Source: an uncultured Oligoflexus sp. (lineage in GTDB: Bacteria > Bdellovibrionota_B > Oligoflexia > Oligoflexales > Oligoflexaceae). From it: DNA of 19,192 nucleotides. Location: the NCBI GenBank assembly GCA_964236955.1, contig CAXSGP010000068.1, positions 1,698-20,889 of the forward strand, given 5' to 3'. Position 1 is the stretch's first letter, and every line of letters begins with the position of its first letter. The notes beneath the pieces were generated by a model that ran no database searches, was not told where the DNA came from, and was given only the letters and a program-made list of their open reading frames with translations. Both the position numbers and the translations under genes were made by a program. This document shows positions 1 to 7,771 of the stretch, one piece after another.

Positions 1-318
1 CGCCAGAATGCGTTGCTGAACTTCAGGGTGGGCATAAGTTCCCGTATGAATGGGATCGCCGGGGATGCCGTCGTCCATGACATGACACCAATGGCACCAG
101 ATAGCCTCTAGATCCAGTATTACAAGTTTGTGGTCTTTCTTGGAACGTTCAAAGATATCGTCGCTCCAGGTTACCCAATGAATGCCGTCCTTCCTTGAAA
201 TGGTGTTTGCATTGGTCTCGGGGACCAATAGATTACTTATTGTTACAGTCAATAGGAGTAGTACGAGACCAGAAAACACTTGACGACCGCGTTGACCGCG
301 GCTAAAAAAAGTTAACAT
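1..318 (-). CDS. Exported thioredoxin-like DUF255 (YyaL/SPATA20 N-terminal-type) domain protein, 3'-partial (runs off window)
   Basis: Not in ORF track; translated by hand from ATG at 318 (GAGG upstream): MLTFFSRGQRGRQVFSGLVLLLLTVTISNLLVPETNANTISRKDGIHWVTWSDDIFERSKKDHKLVILDLEAIWCHWCHVMDDGIPGDPIHTGTYAHPEVQQRILA. IHWxxW...K.V.LD...WCHWCHVM is the DUF255 signature; hydrophobic N-terminal signal/anchor segment. Confidence 0.85.
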   Translation of the reverse strand, partial: MLTFFSRGQRGRQVFSGLVLLLLTVTISNLLVPETNANTISRKDGIHWVTWSDDIFERSKKDHKLVILDLEAIWCHWCHVMDDGIPGDPIHTGTYAHPEVQQRILA

Positions 319-786
319 TCTTGCCTCGATTTCGATGTTTTTGAGAGCTTAAGTCTTTATAACATAAACTCCCCCGACTTCCCTACCTGCAGAACTTAAG
401 GCTGCTTTAATCCGAATGTTAGAAATAGTTTGCATAACCGTCAATGGCTTCACACAAATGAAATTCGAAAATGATCAAACATTTAGGCGGCAATCAGTTT
501 GAATGGTTTTTACTGCTGTATAAGGCTTTGCAGCTTTTTATACCAAGGGTTCTTTTTCAAAACTTGTTCAAATAGCGCTTTATTTAAATTATTTAATCTA
601 AAAATCTTTACTATGCTAAACTGAATTAGTTACAATCATTGCATTACTGTATATCTTGATTCGAGTCTTCCATGATGTTTAACTTATCCTAAAGGTTTTG
701 GACGCTAGCTCGAATTTTGACAGTGTTTGAGGCTACAATTGCCCTATTTCGGGGCAAAGCATATATCATACTTTATGGAGTTCCTC
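319..786. promoter_or_regulatory. AT-rich divergent promoter region between the DUF255 gene and the MNIO precursor operon
   Basis: About 470 bp without a credible gene, visibly AT-rich, between two divergently oriented start codons; no specific promoter boxes assigned. Confidence 0.5.
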
Positions 787-1077
787 ATGAAAGAGCGCGC
801 TTTTGGATCCCTCGTTGTTTCTACCGTTGCTGGCCTTTTCGTAATGTCAGCTGCTCACGCGGAAGGCGGCCATGCACCGGCTGGAAAAGCTAAAGCTGAT
901 GGAAAAGCTGAGGCATACTGCCAAAATGAAAGCTGCAAAGGCAAAGACCTTGCTAAAGGTGCTACTGCGGCTGGATGCAAAGGCGTAAGCGGTTGTAAAG
1001 GCAAAGGTATTCTTGCCGTAAAAGACGCACCTGAATGCAGTGAAAAAGGCGGCAAATGGGTTCCTGCTAAAAGCTAA
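787..1077 (+). CDS. Secreted Cys/Lys/Gly-rich RiPP precursor, BufA2-like bufferin-type metallophore precursor (96 aa)
   Basis: ATG 787 preceded by GGAG (777-780); Sec signal ending AHA|E; mature part YCQNESCKG...GCKGVSGCKGKG...ECSEKGG has three CKG units and terminal CxxxGG; lies 17 nt upstream of a DUF692 gene. Confidence 0.8.
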   Translation: MKERAFGSLVVSTVAGLFVMSAAHAEGGHAPAGKAKADGKAEAYCQNESCKGKDLAKGATAAGCKGVSGCKGKGILAVKDAPECSEKGGKWVPAKS

Positions 1078-1094
1078 TCCAAAAGGAATCTGAG

Positions 1095-2837
1095 ATGGCG
1101 GAGACAAAGGATACGTTTGGTCTAGGCTTTCGGCCTCAGCACTATGGTTGGGTAACGACGCATTGCCCGCCTGAAGTCGACGTGTTCGAAGTCGTCTCGG
1201 AAAATTTCATGGGTGTCGGCGGGCGCCCCAAATTCTACCTCGAAAAGCTCCGTGAGAACTATCCCATTCTTATGCACGGCGTGAGCCTTTCTATCGGTTC
1301 CCCAGGGCCCTTCGACCAAAAATATCTCAGACAGCTCAAAGAACTCATCCATTTCATTCAGCCTAAGATGGTCTCGGATCACCTCTCGTGGGGCCGATTT
1401 GCTCACCACAATTCCCATGATCTGTTGCCTATCGCCTATACCCAGGAGAGTATGAATGATTTGGTAGGGAAAATAGGCTATCTCCAGGATTATCTAGGAC
1501 GACGGTTTTTCCTCGAGAACCCCTCAGCCTACGTGGCATTTGCTAGCGCGGACTATGATGAAGCTGGATTTTTCGCGGAACTCTTGCAGAGGACCGGTGC
1601 CGGAATTCTCCTCGATATCAATAATCTCTACGTTAACCTTCGGAACCTGAATCAGGATCCCGAACATTTTCTGCGCGCATTGCGCCCTGAAGATGTCGGC
1701 TATTTTCATCTTGCAGGTCATAGTGATGACGGCCAAGTCCTGATCGACACTCATGATCAGCCCGTAGCTGATACGGTCTGGAGCCTTTACGGCCAAGCGC
1801 GCGCCTACTTTCCCCATACTCCGGCGGTAGTGGAATGGGACGGAAATGTCCCCGATTTTCCAGTGCTCCTGGCCGAAAGTGAAAAAGCCAGGCACTTTAG
1901 CTTGAGCGGCAAGTTGCCGGTCCCTAAGGCAAGTCCTTCGGAAGCCCGGGCGGTTGGCGCCAGTGCCTCTCCCAATCGATCGAATCTCTATAATTATTCA
2001 AAGTTCTTCGAACAGATCATCAAACCCTTTGGTATCGATGATGACGGCACGGCCAATCTCAAGGCCAGTGGACCAACACCTGCCGATATTGGGCTTAGAG
2101 TCTACAATCACGCCTATTTTTTGCGTCTTGAAGAACTGTTCGTCGATATCTTCCCCGGTCTGGCATTTCTTGCCGAAGAGGAAGGCTTTCGTCACCTCTC
2201 TGCCGCTTATCTTCAGGCGTTTCCCCCTATGGAAACTAATCTCAGGATGGCCGCTCAATCCCTGCCCGAATACCTCCGCGGTCCTGAAGCTGGGACCAAG
2301 GTAAATTTTGACTTCGGGGTTCCCCTGGCCATACTTGGCGATATAGCTGCGATCGAATGGGCCCGGAGCGAAGCCTTTGTAGCCTTCGATCATAATCCAC
2401 AATTGACGCCGGCAGCCATGCAAGGCTTTAGCCCCGAGGTATGGGAAAATGCGATTTTCCTCCTGAGTTCATCAACGCAAATCGTAAGCTGTATATACGA
2501 TATACTCCCCGTACTCCACGCATTTGATAATAAGGAGGTTCCCTCGCCTCCCGAGCTCAGATCAGCAAGCTATCTCGTTTACCGAAAGGGTTTCGCATTT
2601 CAAGAATTTGAAATCCCTGCTGCTGACCTTCCTATGCTCATGGCTGTTAAAAACGGCACGACACTCATGGAAATGTGCGACGTCCTCGAGGGAAGCCCCC
2701 AGTCTTATTATACGAGCAGGTGCCTATCAGCGACCGCTGGCAAACTTCTGGAATGGGCAAATCTTGGCATCATCGTTTTAGGACAAGGCAAAGAAACCGT
2801 ACGGCGCGTTAGAGACGAATCTTCACCTTCTGAATAA
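1095..2837 (+). CDS. MNIO (DUF692, BufB-like) multinuclear non-heme iron oxidase fused to DUF2063-type (BufC/HvfC-like) partner domain
   Basis: N-terminal ~270 aa with GLGFR, FEVVSENF, HGVSLSIG, SDHLSW, DLLP, LENPSAY, LLDINNLY, FHLAGH, IDTHD, VVEWD; Ala/Ser/Pro linker; then GLRVYNHAYFLRL...FP.L.....GF..L...YL...PP and D.A.IEWA typical of DUF2063 partner proteins. Confidence 0.92.
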   Translation: MAETKDTFGLGFRPQHYGWVTTHCPPEVDVFEVVSENFMGVGGRPKFYLEKLRENYPILMHGVSLSIGSPGPFDQKYLRQLKELIHFIQPKMVSDHLSWGRFAHHNSHDLLPIAYTQESMNDLVGKIGYLQDYLGRRFFLENPSAYVAFASADYDEAGFFAELLQRTGAGILLDINNLYVNLRNLNQDPEHFLRALRPEDVGYFHLAGHSDDGQVLIDTHDQPVADTVWSLYGQARAYFPHTPAVVEWDGNVPDFPVLLAESEKARHFSLSGKLPVPKASPSEARAVGASASPNRSNLYNYSKFFEQIIKPFGIDDDGTANLKASGPTPADIGLRVYNHAYFLRLEELFVDIFPGLAFLAEEEGFRHLSAAYLQAFPPMETNLRMAAQSLPEYLRGPEAGTKVNFDFGVPLAILGDIAAIEWARSEAFVAFDHNPQLTPAAMQGFSPEVWENAIFLLSSSTQIVSCIYDILPVLHAFDNKEVPSPPELRSASYLVYRKGFAFQEFEIPAADLPMLMAVKNGTTLMEMCDVLEGSPQSYYTSRCLSATAGKLLEWANLGIIVLGQGKETVRRVRDESSPSE

Positions 2838-2941
2838 TCGTCCTCAATCATGGTATTTTCTGTGTTTCCCAGAGTGGGGTCGCTTGCAAGTTGAACTCGG
2901 TAACTGTTTACCGCCTGGATTGGGAAGCGAGGAGGGGAGTT

Positions 2942-3037
2942 ATGCGTGGATCTCAGCTTGTGTTTTACGATGGGCATTGCGGCAGCTGTCATCGATTTAT
3001 CCGTCTCATCCTCAAATCCAAAGGGCCGCTTAAATAA
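2942..3037 (+). pseudogene. DCC1/DUF393 thiol-disulfide oxidoreductase-like N-terminal fragment (31 aa); truncated remnant or CxxC mini-protein
   Basis: Below ORF-track cutoff. Strong SD-like GAGGAGGGGAG before ATG 2942; translation MRGSQLVFYDGHCGSCHRFIRLILKSKGPLK*; VFYDGxCxxC matches the DxxCxxC motif of the DCC family, whose members are normally over 100 aa. Confidence 0.7.
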
Positions 3038-3053
3038 AGATTGATACGAAACA

Positions 3054-3083
3054 GCCGCAGTGCTTCAAAAAAAGAACTGCGGC
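3054..3083 (-). terminator. Probable intrinsic terminator between convergent genes
   Basis: GCCGCAGT(3054-3061)...ACTGCGGC(3076-3083) inverted repeat just past the stop of the minus-strand gene (3096), followed on the minus strand by T-rich TGTTTCGTATCAATCTTTATTT. Confidence 0.6.
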
Positions 3084-3095
3084 GAGTCAAAGGAA

Positions 3096-3389
3096 TCAAG
3101 CAGGCGTTTGCTTGTCCGAACCAGCGACTTTTACAATCTTATTGTACACGCCGAGGAGCAAGAATGGGGATGCCCACTGGCCCACGAATTGACTGGCATT
3201 CTTTTTGCCGAGGATTTGAAGGCTTGCCGAAACCGCCATTGATCCTAATGCACTCCAGAGAAAAAGATCGGATGGAAGTTTCGCTGTCTGCTGCTCAATT
3301 GTCTTGGCTACAGGACCTTCTTTATGATCGGTATTATCCACGATGTTTTCCTGGATTGCATTTTGCACTTTTTTAGCTGGTGTAGCCAT
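3096..3389 (-). CDS. Conserved small hypothetical membrane protein (97 aa)
   Basis: AAGGAG SD before ATG 3389 (MATPAKK); EGPVAKTIEQQTAKLPSDLFLW...FVGQW..PFLLLGVYNKIVK..GSD resembles a recurring uncharacterised family with two short hydrophobic helices. Confidence 0.8.
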   Translation of the reverse strand: MATPAKKVQNAIQENIVDNTDHKEGPVAKTIEQQTAKLPSDLFLWSALGSMAVSASLQILGKKNASQFVGQWASPFLLLGVYNKIVKVAGSDKQTPA

Positions 3390-3924
3390 GAGAGACTCCT
3401 TTTCAACATGAATGAGAATGAAGGCCTTTTTAAAGGCGAACACATTATCGTTAGTAGTGACGATGATGGGGCAGAGCCCTCAGGCGCTTGAGCCACCGTT
3501 TCCGTCTATGCTAAAGCAATATTCATGCTAAAGTTTCAAGCCCCTGCTAACACTGATGTTTAGCTGCTTTCTTAACGAGTCCCTCGCTTTGCCGTGAAGG
3601 ATTTTTGCGGGTCAATCGTCTGAATTCACCTGCATAGAAAATGTAGGATAGTGCCTACGCGGTGAATTGGCCTGTTAAAAAATGGGTTCGTGACCGACCG
3701 GTGTTTCCCAAAGCTCCCATGCTTTGCCCCTACCCATAGGGAAATGCGTTCACCCCATGCTCTCCCTCCATCGCTCCCTCCTACCGCTAAAAAAAGAAAA
3801 TTTCTCTGCGCAAGCTGCAAACACCATAAGTAAAAAGAAATTTATAAAGCAAAGCAATCATCCCTACCGAATAGAGAGTATCGTATTGCGTAAAAATGTC
3901 AGGTTTTAGCAACTGAGGTGATCC

Positions 3925-4842
3925 ATGCAAAGGTTACTGCACATCTTAACGTGGAGCCTGCTGGCGGCTTCGTGCGATCAAAAGGGCGGCTCCGGCCAGG
4001 AGGACGCAACCCGTGATCAAAGCTTTGGCGGCACTCAAAATACCGACGATCTTATCCCTAAAAGTGTCGTGGAATCGGTTGCAAATCTGCCGGCAAGTAC
4101 AAATGAGGAATTTACTCTGGACTGTGGTGGTCCGGGCTTGGCTATTATTGGCGGCCAACGGATCGCTGCTTCGCACAGTATCGCGCAATCGACGGTGAAG
4201 ATTATATTCAGTTATAAGGGACATTGCACCGGAACCTTGATAGGGCCCGCGCTCGTGATCACGGCCGCTCACTGCATGGATAGCCCGCAGGATCCCAGTT
4301 CAATCAGCATTGGTCTTGGCCCGGAGGGAAAAGTCAGTCCAGCGACTGTTGCCGAAGTCGTCGTCCATCCCCTGTTCAAAGGTCTCGCGTCGCTTAAAAA
4401 CGGCGAAAGGCAAAGCCTCTATGATGTGGCCCTACTCCGTCTGAGCGAGCCGGTACCGGCGCCTTACCGACCTGTGCCGTTCACCCGTTCAGCATTTGCG
4501 AAGGAAGGAGCCTCAGCAATCGTTGCGGGTTATGGGAGTTTTACGGAAAAGGATTATTTGCCCCGGCCCCTTTCCGCTGTCGTGACTAAGCTTGTGACAA
4601 TGAGTCCTGAGTTAAATGAGATCCAGCTCGAGGCGGGTACCGGAGTGGGGCCATGCTATGGCGATTCTGGTGGCCCCATCTATATAATGGACCCTAGCGC
4701 CAAGGATTCGTGTTTTAGCCTGCTTGGTCTGACTACCGGCGCGGGCCGTGGGAAGGACTTCCTTTGTGATGAAGGCAGTGGAACTGTTATGGACCTGACT
4801 CGCTTCCAAGAGTGGATAGAAAACACAACCAACGGTTTTTAG
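3925..4842 (+). CDS. Trypsin-like (peptidase S1) serine protease, predicted lipoprotein
   Basis: GAGGTG SD; lipobox-like LAASC; IIGG mature N-terminus; CTGTLI, TAAHC (His), DVALL (Asp), CYGDSGGP (Ser). Confidence 0.93.
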   Translation: MQRLLHILTWSLLAASCDQKGGSGQEDATRDQSFGGTQNTDDLIPKSVVESVANLPASTNEEFTLDCGGPGLAIIGGQRIAASHSIAQSTVKIIFSYKGHCTGTLIGPALVITAAHCMDSPQDPSSISIGLGPEGKVSPATVAEVVVHPLFKGLASLKNGERQSLYDVALLRLSEPVPAPYRPVPFTRSAFAKEGASAIVAGYGSFTEKDYLPRPLSAVVTKLVTMSPELNEIQLEAGTGVGPCYGDSGGPIYIMDPSAKDSCFSLLGLTTGAGRGKDFLCDEGSGTVMDLTRFQEWIENTTNGF

Positions 4843-4979
4843 CTGGCACACGTCTACGGGCGCCTCTTAATGATGACGTATAATATACCAAAATCATTTA
4901 AAAAAAGGACTAGGCCTTCAGTTTGCGCGGGAGCGGTCGAATGTCATCTTAATCGAACAAGATGCTTCAGGAGCACAAC

Positions 4980-6212
4980 GTGAAAACAAAATATCTTTTA
5001 ATGCCTCTCGCCCTTCTAATGAACACTCAACTTTTCGCTGATGACTCGAGTCCTGCTGAAGACACTGCAGCAGCAGCAGTCGGAAGCACCAGTGAAGCTG
5101 CACCGCAAGCCCGAGCGGAACCCCCTCACGGTGGTTACCATATCCCGGTCATGAACACCCCTACTCCGCTTATTCCAAAAAACATCATTTCCCCATCTTA
5201 TGCATTCGTGAACGTCAACATCAAAGACCGCTTCGATGATAAAGGCAAGAAAGAACCGCTATTAGGCCTTAAAGTCAACGTCAACGTCAATACTTACGGT
5301 CTCTGGTATGGTCTGACACAAAATAAAACTATTACCTTCACTATGCCCTACACGGCAGAAGCTAAGACCAGCGTTGATAGCTTGAGCAATCTGAGAGCCT
5401 CCAAAGAATACAATGGTGCTAAAGCCGGTTTCACCGCTGGGGTCATCATTCCCAAACTGATTCAAGACGGCGCCTGTACAAACTTTGGCGACTGCCAGGG
5501 TAAAATCGCAGCTGGTATGACCTTCCCAACGGCAAATCCAGGACTTGGCTATTCAGCAGGTACTCCGGTTGCCGCCTATATTACTGGTGCGACTGACCGT
5601 AATTTTACCTCGACCAAGACAGGGAGCGGGCTGAGCGATATTAACATGACTTTGAATACTGAACATTATAATGCTGGCAACTGGACATTCAAATCACGCA
5701 CAAAACTTACAGTTCCAACCGGAAAATATGCTGTGGATAGTTCTGAAAATGCAACAGGCGACGGCAAGTACGTGGCAAATCTGTATGGTGATGCCGAATA
5801 CACAATTACTCCGGGTGTGGTGGGAATATTCGAACATGGTGTGGGCTATGACCTGACATCGAATAAAGACATCAACGGTGAGAAATCACGCTTCGAAGGA
5901 TTGACCGAAGAAGGTGGTCTCTACGTGTGTGTGGATCCAGGCCGCTTCTTCCCTGCCTTAAATTTTGTAGGCGTGACCAGTGGCTACCAATACAACTATT
6001 CTCCTAGCCAGTCTATCTCCCCAAAAACAGGCAGCGCCCCTAACTTGGCACAGAGCTCGCTTATGAGCAACAGGACCGGCATACGATTCTCTGGTTTGAA
6101 CTATCATATCCCAGTCTTTGTAGACTACATCCACAATCAGGCCCTCAGCGGCAAAAATGATGGCGCAGCCACGACAAACGTCTTTCTCTTTGTCGGTAGC
6201 TTAAGGCTCTAG
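4980..6212 (+). CDS. Secreted, probable outer-membrane beta-barrel protein (MetA-pathway/SphA transporter-like)
   Basis: GTG 4980 after AGGAG; signal peptide MKTKYLLMPLALLMNTQLFA; alternating amphipathic strands (VNVNVNTYGLWYGLT; FLFVGSLRL C-terminus); G.GLSDI...PTGKY motif as in MetA-pathway phenol-degradation-type barrels. Confidence 0.6.
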   Translation: MKTKYLLMPLALLMNTQLFADDSSPAEDTAAAAVGSTSEAAPQARAEPPHGGYHIPVMNTPTPLIPKNIISPSYAFVNVNIKDRFDDKGKKEPLLGLKVNVNVNTYGLWYGLTQNKTITFTMPYTAEAKTSVDSLSNLRASKEYNGAKAGFTAGVIIPKLIQDGACTNFGDCQGKIAAGMTFPTANPGLGYSAGTPVAAYITGATDRNFTSTKTGSGLSDINMTLNTEHYNAGNWTFKSRTKLTVPTGKYAVDSSENATGDGKYVANLYGDAEYTITPGVVGIFEHGVGYDLTSNKDINGEKSRFEGLTEEGGLYVCVDPGRFFPALNFVGVTSGYQYNYSPSQSISPKTGSAPNLAQSSLMSNRTGIRFSGLNYHIPVFVDYIHNQALSGKNDGAATTNVFLFVGSLRL

Positions 6213-6235
6213 TCGGACCCACTCTTCGTAATATG

Positions 6236-6267
6236 ACCCTTCAAGCGTGCGCTTGAAGGGTTTTTTT
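6236..6267 (+). terminator. Rho-independent terminator
   Basis: ACCCTTCAAGC-GTGC-GCTTGAAGGGT perfect 11-bp stem followed by a T run, shortly after the stop at 6212. Confidence 0.9.
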
Positions 6268-6291
6268 CAGCAAACTGCGCCGGCAGTTGCC

Positions 6292-7434
6292 TCAAAGATA
6301 CTTTTTGAGATCCGGGTTGTCTCGGCGCCAGATGACATTGTCGATAAAGTAGTGATGGATATTGATGAAAGTTATAAAGCAGAAGGCATAAAGCTGCGGC
6401 CCAAAAACTGAGTGGTCATAGGGGATGATTTTATCAAGGGACTCGGGAATGAAATTGAACGTCAGATAGGCCAGCACTCCGATGAGGGCAAAAAAACCTA
6501 AGAAATTCTTGGCAAACGACAGTCGATTCTGAATAGGGTCAGGGAAAGCACTCGCTTTGCTCGTGTACTGGTTCTTTTTCAAAGCGGTTACAAAGAGCAT
6601 GTACTGAAGGGAGTGGAAAAAGGGAATCGTATACCAAAAAATTGCATGATAGAGCTGCGGTAAATACCATATATAGATAACAGATAAGGAGAGGACCGTA
6701 CTTAAAGGCGGGATTTTCCCTTGCAGAAGCCACTTGCGACTCAACACAGCGACCAGGACCAGCAGACTGACTGCCATAAGAGTGTAACTTGCGTTTACGG
6801 TCCAGGTGGGAAGGGCAAAGGTCTTATAGCTTATTCCATAATGAAGAAGGCTTTGAATAGATTGATTGCTGTTGGCAAAGGACATAAACCATAGCGGATA
6901 GAGCGTTCCTTTGAGTATCCAGGTTTCGGTGCTGTTAAAGTAATATTCCGCCCGGGCGCTGGTGACGACCATCGTTCCGTAGATTTGTTTGATATAGTGC
7001 CAGCCAACGGTGAAATACATGAGATTTACGGCGTAACTCAGTCTCTCCGCATCAGCGATTCGAATGTAATAGGCCATATAAGCAAGGACAAGGCCGGGAG
7101 CGATCACGGCGGCCCAGAGAAAACGCTTGTTCTTAAGGAGTTCATGGCGCTTATCCCAATAGAGAAGGACATAGGATGCCATGAAGTGCGGATTGTTGAT
7201 GAGGAAAGCAGCATAGAATGCTACCCATGCGATCTGATTGACCGAAGCATTCTTTTCGACAAAGAGATAGGACAAGGAGAATAGGAGAAGAGAGGCCCCA
7301 CCTATCATCATCGCATCTGTCAACCGACCCAATAGAAATCTGGGTTTGTTGCGGCCTGCTGGCAAGCTGGCGCCAGTACGGACAATTTCACCGGAATGAG
7401 CTAAATTCTCAATTTTTTCAGATATAGCTTCCAC
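6292..7434 (-). CDS. Polytopic membrane protein of unknown function with multiple conserved-looking His motifs
   Basis: About 9-10 hydrophobic segments; NPHF..SY, GWHY.KQ.YG, FFHSLQY, NIHHYFID..IW motifs. Confidence 0.8.
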   Translation of the reverse strand: MEAISEKIENLAHSGEIVRTGASLPAGRNKPRFLLGRLTDAMMIGGASLLLFSLSYLFVEKNASVNQIAWVAFYAAFLINNPHFMASYVLLYWDKRHELLKNKRFLWAAVIAPGLVLAYMAYYIRIADAERLSYAVNLMYFTVGWHYIKQIYGTMVVTSARAEYYFNSTETWILKGTLYPLWFMSFANSNQSIQSLLHYGISYKTFALPTWTVNASYTLMAVSLLVLVAVLSRKWLLQGKIPPLSTVLSLSVIYIWYLPQLYHAIFWYTIPFFHSLQYMLFVTALKKNQYTSKASAFPDPIQNRLSFAKNFLGFFALIGVLAYLTFNFIPESLDKIIPYDHSVFGPQLYAFCFITFINIHHYFIDNVIWRRDNPDLKKYL

Positions 7435-7714
7435 GTCTGCTCAACCTTTCGACTAGAGGTTGAGATATTTATCGACGGTAAATATTTTTTCGTTAGCAGG
7501 AATTTTACCAGCAGGCAGATTGAGACGTATTTTTTGATAAAAGGATGCTTGGCTGAAGAAAGATGGGCTCCGATCAGGGAGGGGCTTCCCTTCCCATAAT
7601 TTTTAGACTCCACACGGCCTCATATTTAAGCAGGGCCTAATGTCCTTCGCTTGCTTCACAGCGCGCCAACATTTTTTATTAAAATTGACCCACTTGGATC
7701 TTTGCCAAAGGAAA

Positions 7715-7737
7715 GGCCAGTCGCTAAGCGACTGGCC
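7715..7737 (-). terminator. Probable intrinsic terminator of the DUF4360 gene
   Basis: GGCCAGTCGC-TAA-GCGACTGGCC perfect 10-bp stem ~35 nt after the stop at 7772, followed on the minus strand by TTTCCTTT. Confidence 0.75.
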
Positions 7738-7771
7738 CACTGAGAACTTAAGAATTCATATTAAGCAGGAT

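Noticed and set aside
511..520. TACTGCTGTA resembling a CopY cop-box (TACAnnTGTA)
   Set aside because: One mismatch in a short motif within AT-rich DNA; no CopY-like regulator seen; compatible with chance.
727..786. Longer TTG-start version of the precursor ORF
   Set aside because: SD (GGAG) and signal peptide fit ATG 787; the extension has no signal-like features.
2708..2992. 94-aa minus-strand ORF as a possible DoxX/BufD gene
   Set aside because: No transmembrane segments; overlaps the MNIO gene and DCC fragment antisense.
3035..3376. Stop-codon readthrough of the DCC mini-ORF into in-frame ORF 3041-3376
   Set aside because: Stop is TAA (not Sec/Pyl), the downstream peptide lacks DCC-like sequence, crosses a terminator hairpin and is antisense to a real gene.
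3516..3531. Sigma54-like TAGCATGAATATTGCT on the minus strand
   Set aside because: Invariant -24 GG is AG; not supportable.
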